From positions 9,075-73,074 of the forward strand of contig CAYUFB010000002.1 of NCBI GenBank assembly GCA_964444125.1: a stretch of 64,000 nt of DNA, read 5' to 3'. This document shows positions 49,228 through 59,790 of this stretch, piece after piece. Under the pieces are notes generated by a model. That model saw nothing but the letters and a program-made list of their open reading frames with translations, searched no databases and had not been told where the DNA came from. The stretch comes from an uncultured Candidatus Saccharibacteria bacterium. GTDB taxonomy: Bacteria; Patescibacteriota; Dojkabacteria; B142; JAFGMG01. Within the stretch, counting starts at the first letter, position 1; the number at the start of each line of letters is the position of its first letter. The position numbers and the translations under genes are program-made.

Positions 49228-50409
49228 ATGCTAGTCAAACCTCAAACAACAAATCTTGCCAAAATCAAAGTAGTAGGAGTAGGTGGAGGTGGTGGAAATG
49301 CGATAAATAATATGATTGCAAACTATGATATTGATGGAGTTGAATTTATTGCCGTTAATACTGATGCACAGGCTTTGGCAAATTCAAATGCAGAGGTTAA
49401 ACTTAGAATCGGGGAGGAGACAACAAGAGGACTTGGTAGTGGTGGTAACCCTGAGATAGGCAAAAAGGCTGCTGAAGAGAGCATTGATATGTTGCATGAG
49501 CATTTAGCTGGTGCTGATATGATATTTATAACTGCAGGTATGGGTGGCGGGACAGGTACAGGCGCTAGTCCAGTTGTTGCAGGTATTGCCAAAAACCTTG
49601 GTGCACTTACAGTATCAATTGTAACAAAACCCTTTGATTTTGAAGGAAAAAGGAGAATGGATACAGCCTTAAAAGGTATTGCAGATTTGAAAGATAAAGT
49701 AGATACGCTTATCGTTGTTCCAAATCAAAAACTTATTGATACGATGGAAAGAAATTTAACATTTCTGGAAGCGATGAAACAAGCGGATGATGTACTATCA
49801 CATGCTGTCAAAAGTATTTCGCAGCTTATCACTCAAGCTGGACTTATCAATGTGGATTTTGCTGATGTCAGGTCAGTTATGACAAATGCAGGTACCGCTC
49901 TTATGGGGATGGGTACTTCTAAAGGTGAGGATAGAGCACTCCAAGCTGCAAAGTCTGCTACCTCAAGTCCTTTACTTGAAGTTTCAATTGATGGAGCAAC
50001 TGGAGTATTGTTTAATGTGCTTGCTGGCAAAGATCTTGCTTTATATGAAGTTGATGAGGCAGCGAAATATATATCATCAGTTGTATCGCCTACAGCAAAC
50101 GTGATCTTTGGGGCACAAATTGATGAGAGTCTTGAAGATCAACTTCAAATTACAGTTATGGCAACAGGATTTGAGACTCATAATACAGATTCTTCTGGAG
50201 TGATCAATACTTCCAAATCAAGGTCTGGCTCTAGAGATATCTCTGTTGATATGGTAGGAGATGATGATTATAAACAGACAAAACCTAGAGTTCAATCTGG
50301 ATATGTTTTTCCTGAAGAGGAAAGTGCTTTTTCTGCCCGTGAGATCAAAGATGAGGAAGAAGAAGATTTGGATACTCCTTCATTTTTGCGAAGACGAAAG
50401 AAATATTAA
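49228..50409 (+). CDS. ftsZ: Cell division protein FtsZ
   Basis: GVGGGGGNA, NTDAQAL, GMGGGTGTG, NVDFADV, C-terminal LDTPSFLRR. Confidence 0.99.
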   Translation: MLVKPQTTNLAKIKVVGVGGGGGNAINNMIANYDIDGVEFIAVNTDAQALANSNAEVKLRIGEETTRGLGSGGNPEIGKKAAEESIDMLHEHLAGADMIFITAGMGGGTGTGASPVVAGIAKNLGALTVSIVTKPFDFEGKRRMDTALKGIADLKDKVDTLIVVPNQKLIDTMERNLTFLEAMKQADDVLSHAVKSISQLITQAGLINVDFADVRSVMTNAGTALMGMGTSKGEDRALQAAKSATSSPLLEVSIDGATGVLFNVLAGKDLALYEVDEAAKYISSVVSPTANVIFGAQIDESLEDQLQITVMATGFETHNTDSSGVINTSKSRSGSRDISVDMVGDDDYKQTKPRVQSGYVFPEEESAFSAREIKDEEEEDLDTPSFLRRRKKY

Positions 50410-50427
50410 TTAAGTTCAGGTATAAAT

Positions 50428-51510
50428 ATGAGCACTGCTGAATCAACTCCTGATCCAAGTTTGGCTATTCAAGAAGCGCCGGGATTGGATATTGTAGCGC
50501 CTCCAGAGATACCAGTATCTTCAGTAAATCCTCGAATTGAGACGCATTCAGCAACAACTCAGATTGGATCTCGGACTGCAATAAAATATATTGATAGATC
50601 AGATATGCCAGCTGCAGAAGCAGAAAGAGCCCTAAAGGTAAATTTGGCGCTAACAAAACACGCTGTGATTTCTGATCAAGATATTGCCAATGCACTTGAT
50701 AAAGAAATGGTAAAAAAAGAGTTGATGAGGCTTGACCGCGGTGCGACAATAATTGATCGAATAAAAGAGAGTGTAACAATGCCAGATTTCAAAGATAAGC
50801 TCAAAAAGCTCGCTTGGAATGGTTTGAAATATGGCTATTGGGGATTTTTTGCATATGGAGTACTTACAGGTACAAGCCCTATTGGAGTAGTTAAAGATAT
50901 TGTCAGTATACCTGGTAGAATAGGGGATTTGGTTAATACGGGTGCAGACAACTTAATTAGCTTTCTTGGTTTGGAATCTAAGCCTGCGGGAGGTCCCCAG
51001 AATACATCAGGCGACATACTTCAGTCAAAGATTCCATCTGGAAGACTATTTGATACGCCGGTATTTGATGATGATGGAGAAATGACTAATAAAGGTGGGA
51101 CATTTTTCAATCTGTTTAAGCCACTTTTGGGAAAGGATCTAGCAACTTCATTGACAAAAACAGTAGGTACACCTTTTGTCGGAATATTTGGTTCTCTTGC
51201 ACAAAATACGAAGTATCCTGTTGAAGGGAAGTGGGGACCTTTTTTGGCTTATCCAGCGGTTTATTATGGAGGTAAGAAGCTTGGTCTATGGAATGAATTA
51301 TATACAAGACTTAAAGGAGATAGTACAGGTAACTTAAATCAAATGAAGAGACAAGAAATTGAAGCATTGAAAGAAAAAGCAAGAAATGAACTACTCTCAG
51401 GAAACTGGGAAGGTTATTCAGAGATTAGACTTGCCATTGATAATATAGGTGAAAGATATAAAGGAATTGAAAATCAATTAATTCGCCAACGTAGGGCTTT
51501 AGTGGCATAA
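50428..51510 (+). CDS. Hypothetical protein (Gly-rich, probable membrane-associated segments)
   Basis: 360-aa ORF 18 bp after ftsZ; no family recognised. Confidence 0.7.
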   Translation: MSTAESTPDPSLAIQEAPGLDIVAPPEIPVSSVNPRIETHSATTQIGSRTAIKYIDRSDMPAAEAERALKVNLALTKHAVISDQDIANALDKEMVKKELMRLDRGATIIDRIKESVTMPDFKDKLKKLAWNGLKYGYWGFFAYGVLTGTSPIGVVKDIVSIPGRIGDLVNTGADNLISFLGLESKPAGGPQNTSGDILQSKIPSGRLFDTPVFDDDGEMTNKGGTFFNLFKPLLGKDLATSLTKTVGTPFVGIFGSLAQNTKYPVEGKWGPFLAYPAVYYGGKKLGLWNELYTRLKGDSTGNLNQMKRQEIEALKEKARNELLSGNWEGYSEIRLAIDNIGERYKGIENQLIRQRRALVA

Positions 51511-51517
51511 CAAATTT

Positions 51518-51982
51518 ATGTTAAATCTAGTTGTATTAGAACAATTAATCAAATTTAGTATCCCTGATAAATCATTGCAGGATAGGTATATCAAGGGGAT
51601 CTCTGCTGCAATTCAGGATCTTTTTTTCAATTTGTTGAGTATCTTTCTAATTGGGTCTGTCAAAGACAGATTAGCGCTAGAGGGGTTTATTGACCTAGTC
51701 AATAAGTTAGAAGAAGATTTTGATCCAACAGATATGGAAAGAACCAGAGATTGGTTAGAAACAAATATAGATCTAGATACGGATGCTTTTATGGATGAAT
51801 ATATAAGTAGGGTAGATAAAATGCAGCTAGACCTTATCAAAATCTTCTCAAAGAATATAACAGAAGAGCAAAAAATAGAATTAATTAATATAATTGATAA
51901 ACAATTAATAGAATTAGAAAAGAACAGAGAAGAAGTTGATACGATGAAAGAAGCCCTAGAGGTTTTAAGATTTAATCAATAG
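51518..51982 (+). CDS. Hypothetical acidic helical protein
   Basis: 154-aa ORF in apparent operon with the previous gene. Confidence 0.65.
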   Translation: MLNLVVLEQLIKFSIPDKSLQDRYIKGISAAIQDLFFNLLSIFLIGSVKDRLALEGFIDLVNKLEEDFDPTDMERTRDWLETNIDLDTDAFMDEYISRVDKMQLDLIKIFSKNITEEQKIELINIIDKQLIELEKNREEVDTMKEALEVLRFNQ

Positions 51983-52844
51983 GTCTTGCAATAGCTACAA
52001 ATCTTTTTGCATTATTCCCATTTGGGTAACAGGTAAAAAGGGTCAGTGTAGATTTGTTCTTTTGTCCTGTGATGATTGATACATCTTCTGGCTTGACGAT
52101 TTTGGTTTGCACAACTCTGTATTTATGGGTTTGGCCTTCGATTTCTATGCTTACCTCATCTCCAATCTTGATTTCACTTAGTTTCGAGAAGGCGGCCGTG
52201 ATATCTTTGGTCCTAGAATAATAATCTCCTCCAGCACTGTGTCCATATATAACAATATTATTATTAATATCGGAAATAGGAAGGCTCGTACCTTTGAAGT
52301 GGGCTAGAGCACCTTTTAGGGCTTCTTGATATGCGCTTTCAACTCCACTTTCCACATTTGGTTTTACGGGTAGGGAGTTTAATTCCAATGAAGGGATTGA
52401 AATTTTGAAATTGTTTTTGTATTCAAGGCTGACAGGGTCATTTTGCAATACATGTTGAGATAGGGCGTCTTTGGTCAATTCCTTAAAATATTCAGATCCC
52501 GGGTTTGAAAGATATGTCTCTTTGGGTCGTATTGAATCTCCTTTGACAAGTTCCGGTCTACCACTTTCATAATAACCAGAAATCTCTCTTGCTCTCTGTT
52601 TCATTTCAGGAAAGATCTGCCTGGAAAGGATTATGCTGCCTGCAATGATAAACAATGAAGGGATCAAAATCCTTGCAAGCGTTGAAGTTTTTATCAAGTT
52701 ATTGAAATCATTTCGAATACCCACAAGCAGATCCCATAATGTCGTTGGTGGGATTTCTTCTTTTTCGATTTCAATTTCTCTACTATAAATCTCTCCGGGG
52801 TCACGAAATTTCACAGCTCTTTTTTTGTAACTCTTTAGAGGCAT
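51972..52844 (-). CDS. Sortase family protein (second copy)
   Basis: TM, ISIPSL, LAHFKGT, NIVIYGHS, LTLFTCYP, KRFV. Confidence 0.92.
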   Translation of the reverse strand: MPLKSYKKRAVKFRDPGEIYSREIEIEKEEIPPTTLWDLLVGIRNDFNNLIKTSTLARILIPSLFIIAGSIILSRQIFPEMKQRAREISGYYESGRPELVKGDSIRPKETYLSNPGSEYFKELTKDALSQHVLQNDPVSLEYKNNFKISIPSLELNSLPVKPNVESGVESAYQEALKGALAHFKGTSLPISDINNNIVIYGHSAGGDYYSRTKDITAAFSKLSEIKIGDEVSIEIEGQTHKYRVVQTKIVKPEDVSIITGQKNKSTLTLFTCYPNGNNAKRFVAIARPID

Positions 52845-53034
52845 TAGCGTTTTAAGTAAATAATTTTTAATATTGTACTAGATATTGGTGTGTTACGCCA
52901 AGAAAATAAAGGGGGGTACTTATTGTCAAATTGCTTGTAAGCTCTGGGGGATAGTGTTAGAATCCATTAGATTTTTTCACTGAATGGTTTTTTCAGTGAA
53001 TTTTTTGTTATTTCTACTAAACAATTTTATCATT

Positions 53035-54132
53035 ATGGCTATTAATCCTAAGATTAAGCAAAGCGTACAGTCTCTTGTTGATATGGGACTCAGGCAGGGA
53101 TATCTTACACAAGACGATATTTTAGAAGTTTTTCCCGAAGTTGAAGAAGATATGAAATTATTGGAATACATCGTTATCCAATTGCAAGATTCTGAGGTAG
53201 AAATAATTGAGCCAACTGTTGATGAAGAAATTCCTGTTGCACCAAAGCCAAGTCAATTATCATTTGAACAGAAGATCCAAATTCTTAAAAAAATTCGCTC
53301 TCATGTGAGTACTGATCCAATTAGGGCATATTTACATGAGATAGGTAGAATTCCATTGTTAAATGCAGAAGAGGAAGTGATCTTGGCCAAGAGAATAGAA
53401 AAAGGAGATGAAGAGGCTCGAGAACTTTTAACAACAGCAAATTTGAGACTTGTTGTCTCAATTGCCAAAAAATATGCCAAAAGAGGTTTGGATTTACTTG
53501 ATTTAATTCAGGAGGGTAATATCGGACTGATGAGAGCAGTGGAGAAATTCGAATACAGAAAAGGATTTAAATTCTCAACATATGCAACCTGGTGGATCAG
53601 GCAGGCCATAACCAGAGCTATTGCTGATCAAGCTAGGACAATTCGAGTGCCAGTACATATGATCGAAACAATCAACAAATTAAGTAAGGTCAATTCTGAA
53701 CTTAGTGCCAAACTTGGGCGAAAGCCTAATCATCAAGAACTAGCAGAAGCTTTAGAAATTGATGTAGATAAAGTACATGAGATTATCCGTATTGCGCAAA
53801 GACCGGCTTCACTTGAAGCGCCTATTGGAGAGGAGAAAGATAGCAAGCTTGAGGATATTATCGCCGATGAATATAGCGCGTCTCCATCAGATATTGCGAC
53901 TTGGTCGTTTTTGCGTAATCAAATAAATGAGATACTTACAGGTCTAACTGATAGAGAAAGGAAGGTATTAGAGTTGCGATTTGGGTTGAAAGATGGAGTA
54001 TCTAGGACACTTGAAGAAGTCGGACATGAATTTAAAGTAACAAGAGAACGTATTAGACAAATAGAAGCAAAAGCTTTAAAGAGACTCAAAAGCGATGAAG
54101 TTGCTCAAGCATTGAAAGATTATCTTAAGTAG
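53035..54132 (+). CDS. rpoD: RNA polymerase primary sigma factor RpoD/SigA
   Basis: [52 protein letters not shown]; ATG 53035. Confidence 0.97.
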   Translation: MAINPKIKQSVQSLVDMGLRQGYLTQDDILEVFPEVEEDMKLLEYIVIQLQDSEVEIIEPTVDEEIPVAPKPSQLSFEQKIQILKKIRSHVSTDPIRAYLHEIGRIPLLNAEEEVILAKRIEKGDEEARELLTTANLRLVVSIAKKYAKRGLDLLDLIQEGNIGLMRAVEKFEYRKGFKFSTYATWWIRQAITRAIADQARTIRVPVHMIETINKLSKVNSELSAKLGRKPNHQELAEALEIDVDKVHEIIRIAQRPASLEAPIGEEKDSKLEDIIADEYSASPSDIATWSFLRNQINEILTGLTDRERKVLELRFGLKDGVSRTLEEVGHEFKVTRERIRQIEAKALKRLKSDEVAQALKDYLK

Positions 54133-54136
54133 TTTT

Positions 54137-55213
54137 TTATACGTATTTTGCTTGATAAACTTTGAGTACTGTTATAAATAGTACCACAATCAACGGTCCG
54201 TATAATAATCCCATCACTCCAAAGACTTTCAATCCGCCAAGAATAGAAAACGCAAGAAGCAATGGATTGATGCTGGATTTGGCATTAGCAAGTTGCGTTC
54301 TAAGCAATGAATCAATTCCATTCGTCATTGCAAGTCCAATTCCAAATAAAACTAGTGCTTTGATCACTTCTCCAGAAATCAAAAGGTAAATACTTGCTGG
54401 AATCCATACAATACCTGAGCCAATTGGGATTATAGAGAACAAAGCAATCATCATGCCCCAAAATACCGGAGCCTCTAGACCAAGAATCCAGAAAGCAAAT
54501 CCACCGATGATTCCTAACCCAAATGCAACAACAAAAGTCCCCTTAATTATTGCATTGGAGGTCTCAACGAAATTTTTGATAAATAGTTTATCAACATTGT
54601 CATCGAGCGGACTTAGATCCACAATTGCTTTGTACAATCTTGGGCGAAGTGAAAACAAAGAGAAAATCGATATAAGTAGAAGAGAGGCTTGTGTCACAAG
54701 GGATAAAGTCTTTGAGACACTTCCTTTTAGCCCGTTAACAATAGTATTTAGAAAACTTTCCGAAAATTTGATCGCAAATTGTTGTACTTCTTCGTTAGTT
54801 ATTTGGTTTTCGGGATTTGAACTTACTTTGGAGATTAATTCATTTACCTTTTCAAGTCCAACGCTGTATTCTCCAATCAAATCGTGTTCTTGCCAAAATC
54901 CTTCTACTTTGCCAACAAGATTATTTGCCTGAAATACTACGATTATAGAAATAACAATTATGGGGATCACAACGGTCAAAATAATACTCAGACCCGCTAT
55001 CAATGATGCAAGCTTTTGGCTTTTTAGTTTTCTGACCAAGAATTCGTACCAAGGACTAAATATCTCGACTAGTATCAATGAAAAAAATATCACTCCAAGA
55101 TAGGGGGATATGACATATGCAAATCCTACAAAGAGGATAGCTAAGACCATTAGAAAGAAAAACTCGGTTAAATTCTTTTTGTTAAACATTTTGTATAAAT
55201 TAATTATAGTCAA
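54137..55213 (-). CDS. AI-2E-family transporter
   Basis: Multi-TM; IIPIGSGIVWIP, IDSLLR, GGLKVFGVMGLLYGP. Confidence 0.9.
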   Translation of the reverse strand: MTIINLYKMFNKKNLTEFFFLMVLAILFVGFAYVISPYLGVIFFSLILVEIFSPWYEFLVRKLKSQKLASLIAGLSIILTVVIPIIVISIIVVFQANNLVGKVEGFWQEHDLIGEYSVGLEKVNELISKVSSNPENQITNEEVQQFAIKFSESFLNTIVNGLKGSVSKTLSLVTQASLLLISIFSLFSLRPRLYKAIVDLSPLDDNVDKLFIKNFVETSNAIIKGTFVVAFGLGIIGGFAFWILGLEAPVFWGMMIALFSIIPIGSGIVWIPASIYLLISGEVIKALVLFGIGLAMTNGIDSLLRTQLANAKSSINPLLLAFSILGGLKVFGVMGLLYGPLIVVLFITVLKVYQAKYV

Positions 55214-55286
55214 AGTCTACATTTTTATTATCAAATCCGCAAGTTTGTTCGAAGAAATTTGTGCTTGAAAAACTAAATACTGGTTA

Positions 55287-55670
55287 TTGAATCAAAGCTA
55301 TGTTAGCATGAGAAAAGGAAAACTTATGAACATGATTTTGGATTTTTTTAAAAAATATATTTTTGGATTTTTTGCGTGGTGGTATTTAGTCAAAGGCCGT
55401 GAGGTGGTTGATTATTTTTCTCGAACGATTCTGAAATATTTCGTTAGATTGAATATTGGGCCAATGCTTGGGAACCTCTTTGCTCCAATGTTCCAAGACA
55501 AATCACTTACGGGTAGGTTTATTGCATTTCCAATAAGATTGATTTGGGGTCTTGGGGGATTGATTATTGAATTAATAATAATCGCTATTGGTTTAGTCTT
55601 TCTGCATATATATTTCCTTTTGCCAATAGCAGTCATTTATCAGATAGTTACATTTGTAGTGCTTAAATGA
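55287..55670 (+). CDS. Small membrane protein coupled to the Clp-like ATPase
   Basis: WWY, NLFAPMFQD..GR..AFPIR and two TM helices; ATGA overlap with next gene; true start probably a downstream ATG. Confidence 0.75.
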   Translation: MNQSYVSMRKGKLMNMILDFFKKYIFGFFAWWYLVKGREVVDYFSRTILKYFVRLNIGPMLGNLFAPMFQDKSLTGRFIAFPIRLIWGLGGLIIELIIIAIGLVFLHIYFLLPIAVIYQIVTFVVLK

Positions 55671-58243
55671 AGATAGTTAACAAAAAATTAAAAATTGGTA
55701 AATACAAGGAAATGGAGGTTTTTGTTGATTGGGCATACCTTCAAAAGGGTAGAGGACTTAGAAAAAAAGAAGATCTACTGCAACTTGCTTTTGGGCGGTT
55801 CTTGTTTGTTATTGCTGTTATAGCAATGACAATTATAACTATTGCCCAAATATCACTTGGTAATTTCATTGTTTTTGAGGCAATCAAAAACGACTCACAA
55901 ATTAGTTTGGTCTTTTGGCTTGTTTTAGCTTTGTTTCTTTATGCTTCGTATCTACTTCGTGATAGGTCCAAGTTTTTTGATACTCTGGATCTGAAGGCAT
56001 TGACTAAATTGGCAAAAGATATTGAAGATAATAATAGCCCAAAAGAAGTTGAAATTCTGGATTTCGTCGATTATGACGTATTAAATACCTTAGATAAATT
56101 GCTTGAGAATAATCAGGAAAATATTTATGAGAATTTAATGATTGATTTACTTGAATTACAAGATGTTGGTCAGTTAATCAACAGGCTTGGGATTCAAAAA
56201 GAAATATTGCTGAACGAAATTGGGCAATTAGATATGACAATAGAAGGTGATAAGGTTTATCAAATTAATAAACTGCTATATCAATCATTTGTCATGGGGC
56301 TTGATTATAAATTTAGTTTTATTGGTGAATGGATAATTTTCTTGAAATTAGCTCTCGATGAATATAACCAGGTTTTTATGAAATTAGGAATTACAAAAGG
56401 AACTTTATTATCTGTTCTGGAGTGGACAAAGGCGCAGGCAATGGGTAATAGATATAGGAAATTATGGAAATATAAAGCATCTCTAAAACCAAGAAGCACT
56501 GTCAATCGAAGCTATACATCAGCACACACACCTACTTTAAATAAATATTCTAGAGATTTGACCAGGGAAGTAATTGATGGAGAATTTAGTTATGCGTTAA
56601 GTAGAGAGACTGAAATTGCTGATGTGATTAGGTATTTGAAGCCAGAAAAAGGTGCTGTATTGTTACTTGGTGAAGCTGGTGTAGGAAAGACCACAATCCT
56701 AAAAAGTATCGCAGTGAAGATGGTGGTAGAGGATGTCCCTTCAAACCTGAAAGATAAGAGACTTGTGGAATTTGATTTTCACCGTGCCGTGACGCAAGCA
56801 CTAGATACCTCAAAGCTTAGAGCTTTAATTGAAGATATTATAGTTGAGGTTGGCAAATCCAAAAATGTTGTATTGGTTATTGACGACTTGGATGAATTGA
56901 TTGGATTGAAAGATGATATTTCAGATGAAATTGTCTCAACTTTGCATAAAGCGTTGTCTAATAATTCAATTAGTCTTGTTGCTACTTCATCAAATGAGGG
57001 GTATATAAAATCTATCAAGCCAAATACGCAGCTAGCAAATATTTTTGATGTTGTGCGTATTGATGAGCCATCACCAGAAATTGCTCTACAGATAATATTT
57101 GACGAGAGATCTAAGCTTGAGGATATGTACAATATCAAAATTCAATTTGATGCCTTGAAATCTGCTATTGAGCTTACTGATAGATATGACAAAACAAGGG
57201 TCTTCCCATTTAAGGCAATTGACACATTAGAAGATGCTTGTGTCTTGGCTCTTGAAGAGGGACTAGGTTTTGTTTCAGCTTCTCAAGTTGAGGCTGTGGT
57301 TAGCAAAGATGCAGGCATCAAGGTCGGGAGACTTGATGAGACTGAGGGGCAGAAACTACTGCAACTTGAAGATAGGATGAAACGCAGAGTGATCGGGCAG
57401 GATAACGCTATAAAAGCAGTAGTTTCTGCCCTGAAAAGAGCTAGGGCAGGTCTAGTATCAAAAAATAAACCTCTTTCGTCATTCCTGTTTTTTGGCCCAA
57501 CCGGTGTGGGCAAAACTGAAGTGGCGAGAACTTTGGCTGCTGTTTATTTTGGTGATGAGAAATTGATTACTAGAATTGATATGTCTGAATTTCAAGAAGA
57601 GAAAAATGTCTCAAGGTTGATTGGTTCGTCTGATGAAGATGGTTTTGTGGGAGGGCAATTGACTGAAAAGGTGAGAGAGCATCCGTTTTCTCTAATTCTC
57701 CTGGATGAGATTGAGAAAGCAAACCCCAAAGTCTTAGATTTATTCTTGCAGGTTTTAGATGAAGGTCATATCAAGGATGGTCTAGGAAGGGTCGTGGATT
57801 TCAAAAATACTATTATTATTGCGACGTCAAATATTGGATCTAAATCTATTGCTGATAGTTTCTCAAAAGAAATTTCATATGAAAAAACTGAAAGAATGGC
57901 GAAGGAAGAATTGAAAAAGTATTTAAGGATTGAATTTATTAACAGATTTGATAAAGTGATAATGTTTAAACCATTATCCAAAATTGAGATAGAAAAAATT
58001 GCTGGATTGATGATGAACCAGGTCGTAGATAGATTGAAAGAGCAAGGGATAGGTTTGAAATTTGAAGCTCAATTATTAAGCCAGCTTGCACAAAAAGGTT
58101 ATAGTCTAATGTATGGAGCAAGAGAAATGCGAAGGGTTATTCAAGATGAGGTCGAGACGAGAATTGCTGATATGATAGTGGCAGGCAAGCTTAAATCAGG
58201 GGATACTTTAACTATTAAGTCCTTGGAGGAATTTGAAGTATGA
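55667..58243 (+). CDS. ClpA/ClpC-like Hsp100 double-AAA+ ATPase with N-terminal TM helices
   Basis: NBD1 GEAGVGKT; NBD2 RVIGQ, GPTGVGKT, RIDMSEFQE, LLDEIEKA, DGLGR, FINRFD, YGAREMRR; two TM helices in first 100 aa. Confidence 0.9.
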   Translation: MKIVNKKLKIGKYKEMEVFVDWAYLQKGRGLRKKEDLLQLAFGRFLFVIAVIAMTIITIAQISLGNFIVFEAIKNDSQISLVFWLVLALFLYASYLLRDRSKFFDTLDLKALTKLAKDIEDNNSPKEVEILDFVDYDVLNTLDKLLENNQENIYENLMIDLLELQDVGQLINRLGIQKEILLNEIGQLDMTIEGDKVYQINKLLYQSFVMGLDYKFSFIGEWIIFLKLALDEYNQVFMKLGITKGTLLSVLEWTKAQAMGNRYRKLWKYKASLKPRSTVNRSYTSAHTPTLNKYSRDLTREVIDGEFSYALSRETEIADVIRYLKPEKGAVLLLGEAGVGKTTILKSIAVKMVVEDVPSNLKDKRLVEFDFHRAVTQALDTSKLRALIEDIIVEVGKSKNVVLVIDDLDELIGLKDDISDEIVSTLHKALSNNSISLVATSSNEGYIKSIKPNTQLANIFDVVRIDEPSPEIALQIIFDERSKLEDMYNIKIQFDALKSAIELTDRYDKTRVFPFKAIDTLEDACVLALEEGLGFVSASQVEAVVSKDAGIKVGRLDETEGQKLLQLEDRMKRRVIGQDNAIKAVVSALKRARAGLVSKNKPLSSFLFFGPTGVGKTEVARTLAAVYFGDEKLITRIDMSEFQEEKNVSRLIGSSDEDGFVGGQLTEKVREHPFSLILLDEIEKANPKVLDLFLQVLDEGHIKDGLGRVVDFKNTIIIATSNIGSKSIADSFSKEISYEKTERMAKEELKKYLRIEFINRFDKVIMFKPLSKIEIEKIAGLMMNQVVDRLKEQGIGLKFEAQLLSQLAQKGYSLMYGAREMRRVIQDEVETRIADMIVAGKLKSGDTLTIKSLEEFEV

Positions 58244-59358
58244 GAAAGGTTTTTATTTTTGTTGCATTGCTTTTACTCATATCCTTCACTGGATTAATAA
58301 AGATTAAGGCTCAAAACAGCATATTTAACAGGAATTCTACACATGCTTCTTATGCGACATATGTTTTTGATTGTGCGGGAAGCGAGATTGAATTAGCGGT
58401 GCCAAATGTTGTGCCTTCTTCTTATGATAGTTTTGAATATTATGTTGAAAGGAGTGCAGGAGATGAAATAGTTGTCTTAATATATAAGCAATTAAATAGT
58501 TCTCCTCAGTTGGATGCGATAAGATCTTTTTCGACTTCTGGTACCGGAACTATTCCGTTAGACATATTGGATTACCAAACCGGTAGTATTCAATATAGAG
58601 TTGGTATGGCTATGAATGAGGTCTGTACTCTTCAAGGTAGCACGGATACAACCGTTTCTATTACTATTACAGACAATATAAAAACCACTTCGGACTGTCC
58701 TAATGGTGAATTTCTCCAGATTTCTAATGGAAGAGTTGAAAATAGTAGGGTAATTGTTGATATAAATGCTTGTGTTGATAGTTCGTCAAGGTATTCATTT
58801 ATAGATTTAACAGATAATCCTACCTCAATCATGGATGAAATAGGCACTGGAGAAATTGCAAGAGAATTGACAATAAGGAAATACGATAGTCCTATACGAG
58901 TAATTGTTGAAGGATATATAAATGGTTCTATGATTAAAAGATATGCAATTGACTTAAACGTTACAACAGAAATAATTGAATCGGTCTCGGAAGACTCATT
59001 TAAAGGATGTGGAGAGATGGGGGAGGATGAGAAGGCAGCGTGTATAAGATGTGTAGGTACTAAATCAAATCCAACAGGGGCGATATGGACGGAGCTTGGA
59101 TGTATTGACCCATCTCCAGCAGGGATCATAACGAGGATATTCCAGATAGGTATAGGAATTATGGGAGGAGTGATAATAATAAGGTTGATACAGATATCAT
59201 TATTGTATTTAAAAGATGATGCACAGAGTTTGGAAGAAGCGAGAGATATGTTGACAAGTTTGGTAATGGGATTGATATTGTTGGTAGGAGGGGTAGTGTT
59301 GTTACAATTTGTAGGAGTCAATATCTTGGGCCTACCTGAAGGATATCTTGGAGGTTAA
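58240..59358 (+). CDS. Exported protein with C-terminal VirB2/TrbC-type pilin-like domain (array gene 1)
   Basis: Signal peptide, beta-rich head, WTELGCI, two TM helices flanking SLEEARDMLTSLVMG. Confidence 0.75.
   Translation: MRKVFIFVALLLLISFTGLIKIKAQNSIFNRNSTHASYATYVFDCAGSEIELAVPNVVPSSYDSFEYYVERSAGDEIVVLIYKQLNSSPQLDAIRSFSTSGTGTIPLDILDYQTGSIQYRVGMAMNEVCTLQGSTDTTVSITITDNIKTTSDCPNGEFLQISNGRVENSRVIVDINACVDSSSRYSFIDLTDNPTSIMDEIGTGEIARELTIRKYDSPIRVIVEGYINGSMIKRYAIDLNVTTEIIESVSEDSFKGCGEMGEDEKAACIRCVGTKSNPTGAIWTELGCIDPSPAGIITRIFQIGIGIMGGVIIIRLIQISLLYLKDDAQSLEEARDMLTSLVMGLILLVGGVVLLQFVGVNILGLPEGYLGG
58980..59358 (+). repeat. Dispersed repeat copy B (paralogue of 47285-47663)
   Basis: Direct comparison of the two sequences by eye. 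Confidence 0.92.
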
Positions 59359-59368
59359 TGCTATTAGC

Positions 59369-59397
59369 TTGACCCCGAGTACTTGTAACTGTAGACT
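59369..59397 (+). promoter_or_regulatory. Internal sigma70 promoter upstream of the minimal pilin gene
   Basis: TTGACC-17 nt-TAGACT. Confidence 0.6.
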
Positions 59398-59421
59398 GAT
59401 AATTAAATATTAAATTGATCA

Positions 59422-59790
59422 ATGATGTCATTTCAAAGATTGGTTGTTTTCATGCTAATTTCATTAAGTTATCTAGCTCCTATGGCTGTTATGGCAGAGA
59501 CATTGGACACTTCAATAGGTACTATCCAAAGTCCATTGGGAGATACTGATATGTTTGGGCTCATTGAGAGACTTGTAGGATATGTTAGGCCAATTATTGC
59601 AATCACATTCCTTTTTGTAATTATTTATGGAGGTTATACCAGGATGACCGCAGCAGGGGATCCGGAAAAAGAGAAGAAGAGCAATTCAATTCTTACAGCA
59701 GGGGTAATTGGTTTTGCTATTATTGTCCTCGCTCCTGCGGTAGTTAGATTAGTTAGCTCACTTATAGGAATACAAGGAGATGTTGTCTAA
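59422..59790 (+). CDS. VirB2/TrbC-type (CPR T4SS-like) pilin, minimal form (array gene 2)
   Basis: Signal peptide then IIYGGYTRMTAAGDPEKEKKSNSILTAGVIGFAII. Confidence 0.85.
   Translation: MMSFQRLVVFMLISLSYLAPMAVMAETLDTSIGTIQSPLGDTDMFGLIERLVGYVRPIIAITFLFVIIYGGYTRMTAAGDPEKEKKSNSILTAGVIGFAIIVLAPAVVRLVSSLIGIQGDVV

Noticed and set aside
52368-52375. GGGTAGGG KOPS-like octamers (also 29204-29211)
   Set aside because: Only two noticed by eye; cannot show enrichment or polarity without a genome-wide count
58632-59321. 229-aa minus-strand ORF
   Set aside because: Antisense shadow of pilin gene 1, explained by codon bias
47285-59358. Repeat pair as a diversity-generating retroelement TR/VR
   Set aside because: Differences go in both directions, are mostly synonymous and are not confined to adenines of one copy; no reverse transcriptase in the window
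59329-59358. LPEGY as an LPxTG-like sortase signal
   Set aside because: It lies after the TM helices at the extreme C-terminus, with no following TM or basic tail
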